Shown: positions 13,300-26,349, counted from the stretch's first letter. The stretch is DNA of 64,000 nucleotides from Mobula hypostoma (GCF_963921235.1 NC_086105.1:120776001-120840000); one strand, 5' to 3'. The notes: generated from the sequence alone by a model not told the origin. Made by a program: numbers and translations.

Positions 13300-13500
13300 T
13301 TGTATTTATTGAGATAGAGTGTGGGATAAGACCTTCCGGCCCTTCAAGCCGCTGTGCCCAACAATCCCCCAATTTAATCTGAGCCTAATCATGGGACAAT
13401 TTACAATGACCAATTAACCTACCAACCCATATATATCTTTGGACTGTGGGAGGAAACTGGAGTACACGAAGGACACCCATGCGGTCATGGGGAGAACTAC
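13300..13500 (-). mobile_element. tRNA-derived V-SINE/HE1-like SINE fragment
   Basis: V-domain-like tctccccatgaccgcatgggtgtccttc...ttcctcccacagtccaaagat. Confidence 0.7.
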
Positions 13501-14469
13501 ATGGTACACACACTTTGATAATAAACTTACTTAAAGCTTTGAACTTTATTAATTCCATCTCACATGCTACTAACAGTGTGCTCAATCCAAATCTGTGTTT
13601 CCAACATTAAATCTGTCGAAGACTACAGAGGTCTAAAAACCCCAGAGGAAACCCAGGCATTCCACGGGAGGACATACAGAGGACGCCGTGATTGAACTCC
13701 AATGCCCTGTGCTGGAGTAGCAATGTCATTCAACTATACACCTGAATACAGCCTCCAGGGCCAAGATGCAAAGCACAGTACCAACAGTCACACACAGCAA
13801 TATAACTATGGCAGCAGAAAAACATAGTCACAAAAAATAGTAATATAGCCCAAGTCCCTGAGTGTCGTGGCCTGTAGGTTGATGGCATGGGATGTTTGTC
13901 CTGCAGCCACATTCACACACCAGTGCAGCCACTGAAGAAAGGAATCCAGGTTATCCTACTCCAAGTGAACACTGGAGGGAACCACTGACAGGAGGGTCCA
14001 GCCTGGACCCCCACTGGACACCGCCTCCAGCGTCTCCTCCCCTGGGTCACTGCAGCAGATGACCCCGTGGCATGAGGGCCTGGCTCATGCAACAACCAAG
14101 GCCACACAGCTCCCCTGCTGTCAGTCATGCAAACAAACCAGTGAAATTAACTTGCAATATTGTACATTACCAAAATCCAACAGGGTCTTGTGACCAGAAG
14201 GAAAATGTCCAAGGCAATGATTTGCACCATTTATTGGATCGTGCACCACCTCCGACACCTTCCTCCATTGGTGACTAACAGGTTGTAACACAGTACAAAA
14301 TGCCTTGCTAAGAAGCAACTCGTTGATGGAGCAGACCTTTAGTACTTGATGTTTTCAATATCCAGCAGTGTCTTTTGCTTGCAAAAAAAAGTCATAAAGG
14401 ATGAACAATTACGTCCTTGCTTGGACATAGAGAGGCCACTGCAACCAAGCACACTGCCATCTTACCAGA

Positions 14470-14730
14470 AGTTGTTGTTCAGACCAAACATCACAATGGG
14501 GAAGAAATGTAATCGAAGTGACTTTGACCGTGGAATGATTGTTGGAGCCAAACAGGGTGGTTTGAGTATCTCAGAAACTGCTGCTCTCTTGGGATTGTCA
14601 CACATAACTATCACTAGAAGTTATAGAGAATGGTGCAAAATACAAAAAAAAATCCAGTGAGCGGCAGTTTTGTGGGCAAAAGCACCCTGTTAATGAGAGG
14701 AGGTAACTAATAAAGTGGCCACTGAGTGTA
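14470..14730 (+). mobile_element. Tc1-family DNA transposon deletion derivative
   Basis: MGKKCNRSDFDRGMIVGAKQGGLSISETAALLG (paired-like HTH); right terminus ctaataaagtggccactgagtg followed by TA. Confidence 0.8.
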
Positions 14731-14854
14731 AATCCTCGGCTTAACTGTGAAATCTTCTGACCTTAATGACATTTTAATTTAGCTTTCTTCAGCCATTTAC
14801 AGTCTTGCCATTGTCTATCATCTGTGGTTAAAAAGGTTGAATACATGCAATATG

Positions 14855-15210
14855 TATAAAATGCTGGAGGAACTCAGGAGGTTAGGGACCATCTATGGAG
14901 ATGAATAAACAGTCAACTTTTTGGGCCGAGACCCTTCATCAGGACTGGAAAGGAAGGGAGAAGATGCCAGAATATGGAGGTGGGAGGAAGGGAGGGAGGT
15001 GGTGATGGGCAAAACCAGGTGGGTGGGTGAGGAGGAAGTAACGGGATAGGTGGAGAAGGTAAAGAGCTGAAGAAGAAGGAATCTGATAGGAAAGGAGAAT
15101 GGACCATGGGGGAGAGGTGAGGAGGAGGGACACAGGGAGGTGGTAGGCAGGTAAGGAGAAGAGGTAGAGACCAGGGTAGGGAATTGAAGAAGAGGAAAGG
15201 GGGAAGGGAA
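14855..15210 (-). mobile_element. Penelope-like 3' end with degenerate hammerhead at 14911-14946
   Basis: aaaatgctggaggaactcagg...gggccgagacccttcatcaggact followed by a purine-rich body. Confidence 0.8.
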
Positions 15211-16574
15211 TGCATACACTGTATTTCAAAGTTATTAAAGTTAATGGATCACAGGTATGACTGGAGAAAACCTTTTCACTTGTAAACTAAAATGTGAAGA
15301 AGATTCTCAAATTATATAAAAAGTGAAACAATTTTTCAAAAGTTGTATTGAAGATATAAGCAACACCCCTATGCAGCAAGACATGACCACTGTTCAGGCT
15401 GGAACTAAAATATGACAACTAACACAATGCTGTTGGTGGAAGACAATGGTCATTTCCAAACATGAATCACCTGTCCATGAAATCCAATTGCATTAACACT
15501 GGCAAATAACCCACTTCCATCTTTCTGGAGCTCTCCATAGACCAAAATCCTGACCATACAAATGCTTTTGCTACAAGGACAGCGAAAGAGATCTCAGATG
15601 GTGACAAGAAGGTGCACAGGAGTGAAAGAGATCAGCTGGTTGAATGGTGTCACAATAACAACCTTCCACTAAACATCAGCAAGACCAAGAGAATGATTGT
15701 GGATTTCAGGAAGGTGAAGTTGGGAGAACACACACCCGTACTCAACCCTAACCCTGAAATAAGATGGTGCCAGCAACCAACACAATTAACGCCGATGTCC
15801 TGCCGTCTGCTCACGAAACTACTTCTTCTCCTTCTTTTAAATATACTTCTACTACCAATCTGTGTACAATTGGAGCTTGTAATTTACATCTTGATAATGT
15901 GGTTTTGGACCGACTGAGTGCTTTTGCTATCTCTGAGAGAATTTGGCATGGTTGAGAACGGAGTGTGAGACCTAATGGAGAAGTGCAAATCCACAATTGG
16001 CTCCAGTTTTCGACCAAGTCGCCAATGAAAACGTCCAGCAAGATTGAAATCATCAATCAGATGAGAGCGGAAGGAGAGCAGGTGTCCAGCATTGTCTGCT
16101 TGTGTTTGACCTGTTTCCCTCTCCCTCTCATTCACTGCTGTCAGAGGAAGGTACAGGAGTCTTGGGCAAGTTTTGATCAGCATGTTTGTGGATTGGACTT
16201 GTTTTTAGAGGGCTCTGCAGTTCATGTTATATGGGTTTCTGGTTACTCCTTTTTTACTGCTACTCTGCTCGATTTTGATGGACTGACTCTGTAGCCTGCA
16301 GTCAACAAACAACAGTGCTAAATTGAACTGAACTGAACTAAACTGAACATTCCTAGACTGTTTCAATTACTGTGCAGTTTGATGTTTAATATTCTGTGTG
16401 TTATTTGCTCATTTTTTGCCATTTGCTCGATTTATTCTATTTTTCTGTGCATTGGGAGTTTGATATTTTCTTTGAACAGGTTCCATGGAGTTTCTTTATT
16501 CCGTAGCTGTCTATGGGGAAGACAAATCTTAGGGTTGTATACTGAATACATACTTTGATAATAAATGTTCTTTG

Positions 16575-17200
16575 ATCTTTGATTGAGGGGTCAGTGGAAA
16601 AGGTGAGCAGTTTCGAGTTCCTTGATGTCAACATCTCTGAAGATCCTTCCTGGGCCCAAAACTTCAATGCAATGATGAAGAAGCCATGCAAGCAGCTCTA
16701 CTTTATTAATAGTTTGAGGAGATTCGGTGTGTCACAAATTAGTCTTGCAAATTTCTATGCATGTACAATGGGGAGCATTCTGACTGGTTGCATCACCACC
16801 TTATACGGAGCCTCCAACGTACAGGGTTGCAACAAGCTGCAAAGACTCAGCCAGCTCCATCGGGGGCACAACCCTTCCTACCGTTGAGGACATCTACAAG
16901 AGGTAGTGCCTCAAGAAAGTGGAATCTATCTCTGAGGATTCTCACTATATGGGGTATGTCCACTTTTCATTACTACCATTATGGAGGAGCTGGAAGATCT
17001 ACACTCAATGATTCAGGAACAGCTTCTTATCTGCCATCAGATTTCTGAACAATGCATGAAAACATGACCGCTACCTCATTATTCTTTTTTTTTTGCACTA
17101 TTTATTTTGTAATTCATAGGTATTTTATGTCTTTGCACTGTGCTGCCACAAAACAACCATATATCATATAAGCAATGATAATAAACCTAATACTGATTCT
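16575..17200 (+). mobile_element. Rex1/Babar LINE 3' portion
   Basis: VEKVSSFEFLDVNISEDPSW..QLYFINSLRRFG..GSILTGCITT; tail ataataaacc..ctgattctga. Confidence 0.85.
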
Positions 17201-17835
17201 GAAAGACCAGATGCTTCACAATGAGTAGTTGATTTTAATCACCGGTTTACTGGCTATCTTTTACTTAACTAAAACTGTGTTAAGATCACTGACAAAACCA
17301 GTTTGTATAAAGATTAATTCTATCCCCAACTGCAAGTTATTTCGTAGATTTGATTTCACATCTTCGCCAATTTCCTATGAGTTACTTTTTCATTTGAAAT
17401 AGACATCTTTTAAAAAATCTCTTCTGAACAAAAAAATAGTTCAGCTTTCCCACAAAAATTAAATTCTGAATTCCCAAAACTCCCGGACTTGTTTTGTAAA
17501 GATTCAACCAATTAAGTAAAAGTTACACTGAAAGCTACTGTTTCAATTACTATTAGGCTATTCAGGCATTCAACAAGCTTCTTGAGTAAACTGCACAATC
17601 AAGAGACTGATAGCAGCAGATTTAGGCACTTTCACACTTTACAATATAAAGGGTCTGGACATAAAATTCCATTTGTCTTTCATTTTGGAAAAGATGCAAA
17701 TTTTCATTGATTAAATTACAGAAACAATATTCCAAAATCATTTGGAATGATCAAAATACAGAAAAATACAATTAGATATTCAGAGTCTTTAGAATTATTA
17801 CCCATTAAGTCATGCCACCCTGTTTAACAACACAG

Positions 17836-18005
17836 TTATTCAGCTTTTCTTTGTTTCAGATTCTCCATGTACATCTCAAGAGACTTTTGAATAGAATCTT
17901 TACTGATAAAATTGACAAAATTTTGTATATCTGCTTCCCTTTGAGCCAAAAGTCGTTCAAGTATTGGTTTCCGCATCATGGTCTTGCTTATTTGCCGAGC
18001 ATGAT
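17836..18005 (-). CDS. ECI1: Enoyl-CoA delta isomerase 1, exon 7 (last)
   Basis: (D)HARQISKTMMRKPILERLLAQREADIQNFVNFISKDSIQKSLEMYMENLKQRKAE*; acceptor cttgcag; not listed in the ORF track. Confidence 0.93.
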
Positions 18006-18297
18006 CTGCAAGATAAATGGTTTAAGAAGGTAAGGGGTCCAAAAAAGAAATGAAAGAGAAAACCTTACCTAAAGCGATTTATTAATTACAAATAATCCTA
18101 CGTTAAGAAATGGGAATTAAAAAGTACATTCAAGCTATCTGAAGTTATGTCATTTCTTAGGTCTTGCCAATCAAGCTGTGTGTATTGACTGAATTTACCA
18201 CATTTTGAAGCCATGAGGGGTGAAAACTACTCTGTAACTGATAAACTGCTGATCACAAAAGGATCCATGGGAGTAAGTTAATAACATATAGCTCTTT

Positions 18298-18548
18298 TTT
18301 TTTTGTGTGCCATACTCTGCCAGAGCCTCGGCGACCACTTTTCAAGTGGTTGTCTTGGAGGAAAGATTCTGTGAGTAGTCCCCCATGTCCTTCTCACAGT
18401 GCAGTTTTTTTTACGAGGCCGAGTTGCAAGCTCGACACTCAACCCGGCACGGATGGAAAGTGTGCCCGGGAGCGGCCCGACTGGATTCGAATTCGGGAAC
18501 CTTTGCTCCGGAGTCTGGTGCTGATGTCACTGCACCACCAGCCAGGTT
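18298..18548 (-). mobile_element. Young tRNA-headed SINE with poly(A) tail
   Basis: A box TGGTGCAGTGA and B box-like TTCGAATCC on the minus strand; 12-bp TSD ATATAGCTCTTT at 18286-18297 and 18549-18560. Confidence 0.85.
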
Positions 18549-19519
18549 ATATAGCTCTTTAGGGCTTGAGAAAGTACACCAAGAAATGATTAATTAGTAG
18601 CAATGCAGGGATATGCCACAAATTAAATGAAGAAGAACTTCAATCTGCCACGCCACTGATTTCCTGACCTCAGTCACATTTAAGGAATAGTCCTGAGGAG
18701 AGGTTAGAGGCCCCTTTGTACAAATAGAATTGCACAGAGAACTAGCTCAGTGCTGTGACTAGCACAGAATGCTAAGTTCAGAGAATGCAAATTGCAAAAA
18801 AGCATGTGACATGGAAAACTGAAAGATATGTAACCTAACCAGAACTGTGTAGTTAAGCATGCACTTAGATGTGAAGGAGGAAAAGGATATTTGGAATACC
18901 AGTAAAGTGGATGAGGTTATATTCAAATCAGCAATGTTCATTTTGGATGGTGCAACAAGATTGAGAGGCCAAGTGTCTACTTCTGCACCCAATTCACATG
19001 TTCACACACACTTTCTATATTCTGGTCATGAATGGTAAACCTAAAATGTTACTTAAAAAATGGATGATCAAATACTTCTAAAAAAGAACTAGTATGTAGA
19101 GATGAACTCAGATAACAGACTATTTTAAGTTTAGTTTCTGTAACAGTAGTACATTGTTACTACAGGCATAAAAGATGGTTATCGATGCAAAGACGTGTAC
19201 AGTGTGTCTTCTTGGAGGCCAACTATGGAAATTCAGCACAATATAAATGGCACAATTTTGAAAAAGTACTGGCAAGGTAAGCTTGGTGTCTATACAAATA
19301 ATTTTAATGTAGGCACTGGATGAGTTACTTTGGTTTATAGATGTACAGAATAGAAAACTAAAAAGTCAGACTAGAATTTTGTAAATTGCTGCTTAGGCTT
19401 TAGCTGGAGTACTGTGAACAATACTAGATGTAGATTAAGAAGTTAAGGGCTTAAAACAAGGGAGGTTTACCATAAGTTAGCAGAGATAAGGGGCTTTAGT
19501 GATGGTTTAGTAATGGCTT

Positions 19520-19830
19520 TAGGGCATGTCATTGGTAGTATCGCTGCGAGTACAACACTTTACAGCACCAGCTGTAAGATTGGGGTTCATTTCCTGCCGC
19601 TGCCTGTAACGAGTTTGTATGTTCTCCCCATGATCGCATGGGTTTCCTCTGGGTGCTGCGGTTTCCTCCCATGTTTCAAAGACATACGGGTTAGGGTTGG
19701 TAAGTTGTGGGCATGGCAACACTTGTGGACTGCCCCAGAACGTCATTGGACTGTGATGATCATTGTCACAAATGACATATTTCACTGCATGTTTTGATGT
19801 ATATGTGACAAATAAAGGTAATCTTTAAAA
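19520..19830 (+). mobile_element. V-SINE-like element inside an ancient CR1 remnant (about 19190-20150)
   Basis: ggggttcatttcc head and gttctccccatgatcgcatgggtttcctctgggtgctgcggtttcctccc V-domain. Confidence 0.7.
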
Positions 19831-20631
19831 TCTTTAATGGGGGTAAGTTAGGACTGCCATCCTTGAAACAAAGAGGTGGGTCAGAATAAAATGATTACAG
19901 CTTTAAAGGGAGATGTGAAATAGAGAGAAACTATCTCCCCTACTGAGATAATCATAAAATACACATTCAAAATCGCTGACAATACACACACTTATTTATT
20001 TAATGCAGTAGTCCTCAGAATCTTAAAACTTGATCTGAAAAGCTGATTTCATAAAAGAAAATAAAGTAACTCAAAAAGGTACTTGAGGATGTAGAAGTTA
20101 CAAGACTACAGATAAAAATGTAGAGGATAATTACATAAAGATGACTGCTTTAAGAACATTTGCAGGTATTGCAGGCTCCCTTTTTCTATGATTACATGAT
20201 TACAGTGTACAAATTTGTGTAAATTTTTCATGGCCCTAGCTAGTATGAAAGCATCGTGTTCTGGTTAGAACCTCAGATGAGGCCAAAGGTTATTATAACC
20301 AAGTAGAGTTATTGATTTTGGCAAACAAAAACATATTTTGCAAATAAAGAACATAGAGGCTGAATTTTAACACTCTAATGGAACCACATCTCAAAGACTT
20401 TCTCAATGTGAAACATTCACACGAGATTCAGAGATTACAAAATTAGTATTGTTTTTTTTCCAATTTATGCAGTGACAAAGTAATTTTTAACTACAACTGA
20501 GCACATGTTCAGCACCTTTTAATGTAAACATTTTTCTTTAATTTTTTTGCGGGATAAAATAAAATCTTCCTCAAAAAGATTCATCAGAACTATTTTACGT
20601 TTTACTATTTTTAAATTTAGAAAAGTTTTAC

Positions 20632-20810
20632 CTGGAATAGTCAACCATTCAGACATCGTGCTCAAAGCAGTAGACATAATTTTATCTTGTGCCACTAGGC
20701 GATCAACAAGTCCAATTTTCAAAGCCTCTGGAGCACTGTACAAAATGCCAAGTTGAAGAGAATGCTCTGTAGCTCTCCTTCCAATGGTATTTTTCATGGT
20801 GTCCTTGAAC
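20632..20810 (-). CDS. ECI1: ECI1 exon 6
   Basis: FKDTMKNTIGRRATEHSLQLGILYSAPEALKIGLVDRLVAQDKIMSTALSTMSEWLTIP; 179 nt; phases fit neighbouring exons. Confidence 0.95.
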
Positions 20811-21144
20811 CTTTGATGGTGACATGGAGAAAAAGCTACACTTTAAATTAAAATCCATTCAGTATTTAATGAATGGCGCAAGAAAAAACAAACTGCTGAA
20901 GGAACTCAGCAATTCAGGCAGCATCTGGGGAAGCAAAGAGATAGTCGACTTTTCTGGTGCACCACGCTGCAGCTCGATGACATTTAGCTCATACGGGGGA
21001 CTGAGGATTGACAGATAGGAGCTACAGGGAGGCAGTCACCACTAGGTTGCAGGAGGCAGGTAAATGGGTGACTGTCAGGAGAAGGAAGGGAAATAAGCCA
21101 CCAGTACAGGGTATCCCTGTGGTTGTTCCCCTCAATAATAAGTA

Positions 21145-21970
21145 CAGGTGCACATTCCTTTATCCGAAATTCTCAAATCCAAAAAGCTCCGAAAACCGAA
21201 GTTTTTTCCGCCAACAGCTGACGTCACTCGGGTGTGGCGTGGCAGCACTAGCAGGGGCCGCCAGATGTCAGTTGTGGCTCAGCGCTCATACTGGTTACAC
21301 ATGCATTTGCTGTTCACTGATATTTAGTGTTCATTATTGACTTTGAGTTTAATTTCACTGTGAAAATGTCAAAAAGAGCTGCAGATACCCCTATGGGTAA
21401 CAATGAGAAAAAGAGAAGGAATCTTCTCTATCACGCAGAAAGTGGAGTTATTGCAGAAGCTTGATCGTTGTGTGTCTGTGCAGCGTCTTACTAAAGAAAA
21501 TAGCGTCAGAACTACCACTGTATATGATTTAAATGAACAGAGAGACAAGTTACTGAAGTTTTATAGTGACAGTGACATTCTACATTTATTCCAATAAGTC
21601 ATTTACCACGTGTTTGATTCGGTTCGTTTGAGGCTGTATATTTTTATGTTTTATTGAACGTTTTTGTTGGAAATAAAATTTCTTCCTGTCATTATTCCCT
21701 AAACTATACAGTATAACAATTACTTACATAACATTTACATTGTATTAGATATTATAAGTAATCTAGAGATGATTTAAAGTATACGGGAGGATGTGTGTAG
21801 GTTTGGTGCACCGTCGGGTCCTAAAGTCCACCGAACTGGGACAGGTTAAATAAGGGACTTGAGCATACGTGTTTTTTCGTATGGCGGGGGGGCAGATCTG
21901 AAATCTGAAAAATTCTGAATTCCGAAATGCAACTGGCCCCAAGGATTTTGGATAAGGGATTGTGGACTTG
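21145..21970 (+). mobile_element. Tigger (pogo) family non-autonomous DNA transposon, Tigger4-like
   Basis: Imperfect ~28-bp TIRs CAGGTGCACATTCCTTTATCCGAAATTC / CAAGTCCACAATCCCTTATCCAAAATCC; TA duplicated at 21143-4 and 21971-2; CENP-B/psq HTH MSKRAADTPMGNNEKKRR..SITQKVELLQKLD..TTTVYDL. Confidence 0.9.
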
Positions 21971-23883
21971 TATACCATTTTGAATACTATTGAGGGGGAC
22001 CACCTACCGAGGGGAGTCACAGCGACTGGGTCTCCGGCACTGTCTAGCACTGTGGCTCAGAAGAGAAAAGAGGTGAAGAGGACTGCAGTAGTGATAGGAG
22101 ATTCCATAGTTTGAGGTATAGAGAAGAGAATCTGTGGATGTGATAGAGACTCCCGGATGGTATGTTGCCTCCCAGGTGCCAGAGTCAAGGATGTCTCAGA
22201 TCGGGTCCACAACATTCTAAAGGGGAGGGTGAGCAGGCAGAAGTCTTGGTACATATTGGCACCAATGACATAGATAGGAAAGGCAAGGACGTCCTGAAGA
22301 GCGACTTTAGGGAGCTAGGTAGAAAGCTGAAAAGCAGGACCGCCAGGGTAGTAATCTCTGGATTGCTGCCTGTGCCACGTGCCAGTGAGGGTAAGAATCG
22401 GAGCATTTGTCATATAAATATGTGGTTGAGGACTAGCGCAGGGTACAGGGGTTCAGATTTCTGGATCATTAGGACTTCTGCTGGGGAAAATACGACCTGT
22501 ACAAAAGGGACAGGTTACACCTGAACCCGAGGGGGACCATTATCCTTGCGGGCAGATTTGCTCGAGCAGTATAGAAGGGTTTAGGCTAATTTGGCAGGGG
22601 GATGGGAACTAGAGTGATAGGGCTATGGATGAAGCAGTTGGTTTACAAACAGACGCAGTGTGTAGAGGGACTGCTAGCAAAGACAGGCTGATGATAGGGC
22701 AAGATTGCAGTCAATAGGATGAGTTGCAATGTAAAAAGGGGACAAAATCAGAAAAGGGTGATGAATATGGACTGAAAGTGTTATATTTGAATACACGCAG
22801 TATACGGAATAAGGGTAGGTGGACTTACAGCACTTTGAGATGGGCAGGTATGACATTGTGGGCATCACTGAGTGTTGGCTGAAAGAAGATTATAGCTTGG
22901 AGCTTAACATCCAAAGATACACTGTATCAAAAGGACAGGCTGGTAGGCAGAGGGAGTGGGGTGACTCTGTCGGTAAAAAATGAAATCAAATGGTCAGAAA
23001 GAGGTGACATAGGATCAGTAGATGTAGAATTGTTGTGAGTAGAGCTAAAAAACTGCAAGGATAAAAAGGCCCTAATGGGAGTTATATACAGGCCTCCAAA
23101 TAGTAGCAAAGATATAGGCTATAAATTGCAACAGGAGATAGAAAATGCATGTCAAAGGGGTAATGTTATGATAGTCATGGAGGATTTCAACATGCAGGTA
23201 CATTGGGAAAATCAGGTTGGTGCTGGATCCCAAGAGGGGGAATTTGTAGAATGCCTTAAAGATGGCTTTTTAGAGCAACTTGTGGTAGAGCTCGCTAGGG
23301 GATCAGCTATTCTGGATTGGGTGCTGTGCAATGAACTGGAATTGATTAGAGAGCTTAAGGTACAGGAACCCTTAAGGGCCAGTGATCATAATATGATAGA
23401 ATTGACCCTGCAAATTGAGGGGGAGAAGCTAGAGTCAGATGTATCAGTGTTACAGTGGAGTAAAGCGAATTACAGAGACATGAGAGAGGAGCTGGCCAAA
23501 GTTGATTGGAAGGGGACACCAGCAGGGATGACAGCAGAGCAGCAATGGCTGGAAATTCTGGGAGCAATTCAGAAGGTGCAGTATATGTACATCCCAAACA
23601 AGAAAAAAGCAGGATGATGCAGCCGTGGCTGACAAAGGAAGTCAAAGCCAACATAAAAGCCAAGGAGAGTATACAATAGACCAAAAATTAGTGAGAAGTT
23701 AGTGGATTGGGAAGCTTTTTAAAATTAACAGAAGGCAACTAAAAAGTCATAAAGAGGGAAAAGATGGAATATGAAGATAAGCTAGCAATAATATTAAAGA
23801 GGATACCAAAAGTTTCTTCAGATATACAAAGAGTAAAAGGGAGGTGAGTGTAGATATCAGTCCGCTGGAAAATGAGCTAGAGA

Positions 23884-24689
23884 CTGCTACACTGCGAAGT
23901 CTCTTCCAAGGATGCCGACTCTGAAGCGGAACAAGTGCCACACCTGCCCCTACACCTCCTCCCTCACTACCATTCAGGGCCCCAAGCAGTCCTTCCAGGT
24001 GAGGCAACACTTCACCTGTGAGTCTGTTGGGGCACCTACTGTATCTGGTGCTCCCGGTGTGGCCTTCTATATATTGGTGAGACCCGACACAGATTGGGAG
24101 ACCGTTTTGCCGAGCACCTATGTTTCATTTGCCAGAAAAAGTAGGATCTCCCCATGGCCACCCACTTGACTTTCACTTTCCATTCCCATTCCAACATATC
24201 TGTCAATGGCATCTCCTATTGTCGCAAAGAGACCACACTCAGGTTGAAAGAGCAACACCTGATATTCCGTCTGGGTATCCTCCAACCTGATGTATAAACA
24301 TCGATTTCTCGAACTTCCAGTAATGCCCACCCCCTTCACCATCCCCTTTTCCCTCTCTCACCTTATCTTCTTACCTGCCTATCACCTCCCTCTGGTGCTC
24401 CTCCCCATTTTCTTTTTCCATGGCCTTCTGTCCTCTCCTATCAGATTCCCCCTTCTCCAGCCCTCTTTCACCAAACAACTTCTCAGATCTTTGCTTCACC
24501 CCTCCCCCCTTCCAATTTTGCCTATCACCTTGTGTTTCTTCCTCCCCTCCCCCCACCTTCTAACTCTGACTCCTCAACTTTGTTTTCCTCTGGTCCCTGT
24601 GAAGGGTCTCGGCCCGAACCATCGCCTAGACACCTTCCATAGATGCTGCCTGACCTGCTGAGTTCCTCCAGCATTTTGTGTGTGTTACT
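23884..24689 (+). mobile_element. Penelope-like element: GIY-YIG endonuclease C-terminus plus pLTR
   Basis: KRNKCHTCPYT...HFTCESVG..YCIWCSRCGLLYIGETRHRLGDRFAEHL across a frameshift; flanked by TAGAGA repeats; degenerate hammerhead near 24592-24627. Confidence 0.9.
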
Positions 24690-26048
24690 TAGAGAGGTAG
24701 TTATAGGGGACAAGGAAATGGCAGACGAACTGAATAAGTATTTTGCATCAGTCTTCACTGTGGAAGACTCTAGCAGTATGACAGAAGTTCGAGAGTGTCA
24801 GGATGCAGAAGAGAGTGAAGTTGCCATTACTAGGGAGAAGGTGCTTGGGAAAATGAAAGATCTGAAGGTAGATAAATCACTTGGACCAGATGGTGTACAC
24901 CCCAGGGTTCTGAAAGAGGTGGCTGACGAGATTGTGGAGGCATTAATATTGATCTTTCAAGATTCACGAGATGGTTCCAGAGAACTGGAAAAATGCAAGT
25001 GACACTCCACTCTTCAAGAAGGGAGATAGGCAGAAGAAAGGAAATCATAGGCCAGTTAGTCTGACTTCATTGGTTGGGAATATGCTGAATGTGATTGTTA
25101 AGGATGTGATTTCACGGTAGTTGGAGACACATGATAAAACAGGCCAAAGTCAGCACTGTTTCCTCAAGGGAAATCTTGCCTGACAACATCCGTTGGAATT
25201 CTTTGAAGAAATAACAACCAGGATAGACAAAGGAGAATCGGTGGATGTAGTGTACTTGGGTTTTCAGAAGGCCTTTAACAAGGTGCTGCACATGAGGCTG
25301 CCTAACAAGTTAAGAGCTCATGGTATTACAGGAAAGATACTAGCATGGACAAAGCAGTGGCTGATTGGCAGGAGGCAAAGAGAGTGAATAAAGGGAGCCT
25401 TTTCTGATTGGCTGCCAATGACTAGAGGTGTTCACTAGGGGTCTATGTTTGGACTGCTTCTTTTTACATTGAACGTCAATAATCTGGTAAATCTGTAGAA
25501 TTTGATGTCACAGGCGGCTCCGGAGGCCAAGTAATTGGCTATACTTAAGGCAGAAATTGATAGATTCTTGATTAGTCAGGTATGAAGGATTACAGGGAGA
25601 AGACAGGAGATTGGGGCTGAGAAAAAAAATGGATCAACCATGATGAAATGGCGGAGCAGACTCCATGGGCTAAACAGCATAATTCTGTTCCTATATCTTA
25701 GGGTCTTATAGTAAATCTGATTCTGATTCTGAGACTGAAGAATGCAGAACAAAAGGAAACAAGATCCATAAGGAAGAAAACAAGAAAGAGAGTTATAGAT
25801 CTCAGAATACAAAGGAAATTTGAAACATGAAAAAGGATAGCAAAGGAAATATCAAACTAAGTAGAAATGGAGATTGAAGAGTTAGAAAGACATGACAGAA
25901 TTATGCACATAAATAGTGGAGACAAGTAAACTCCAAGAATCAAAGAAATACATAGCTCAAGTTATGAGATTGAGAATCCTGACAAATCGCATAATACACA
26001 ATAATAATAATAATAATATATTTAGCTGAATAATATTTGATGACGTAC

Positions 26049-26170
26049 CAGAAAGGTGCAACAATTCCAAGCTTTGTCTCATTAAGGCCAATCCCATACT
26101 TTGGATTATCTGCCATAATACGGTAGTCACAAGCCATTGCCATGAGACATCCTCCAGCAGGACTGGCTCC
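26049..26170 (-). CDS. ECI1: ECI1 exon 5 (catalytic Glu in IGLNE)
   Basis: GASPAGGCLMAMACDYRIMADNPKYGIGLNETKLGIVAPFW crotonase signature; 122 nt. Confidence 0.97.
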
Positions 26171-26349
26171 CTAGAATAATAACCAAAATGCCGATTTCAA
26201 AACATGCACCACTGTCTACTACATTAGCTGAGTTACTTAATACGTTTCCAATTGTTACTTTTAAGAATAAAAGTCCCATATACACGACAGCTATGAAGAG
26301 TTAAAAGCAAAAGACAGAATGACTCATTTATGATTATGAGGACACACAG

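Larger units (their letters stand above)
20966..25712 (+). mobile_element. Long CR1 element (ORF1 SGNH esterase, APE, partial RT), host to two nested insertions
   Basis: VVIGDSIV and LVHIGTNDI esterase motifs; GVIYRPPNS, MEDFN and SDHNMI APE motifs; RT truncated by an internal deletion near 25485. Confidence 0.92.

Noticed and set aside
14893-15229. Pro/Ser/Leu-rich ORFs in three frames
   Set aside because: Artefact of the pyrimidine-rich Penelope 3' region
15770-16060. Possible DNA-transposon or exon fragment
   Set aside because: Coding-like composition, but no motif or splice structure I could support
18470-18548. Bona fide tRNA gene
   Set aside because: Head of a TSD-flanked SINE; cloverleaf degenerate
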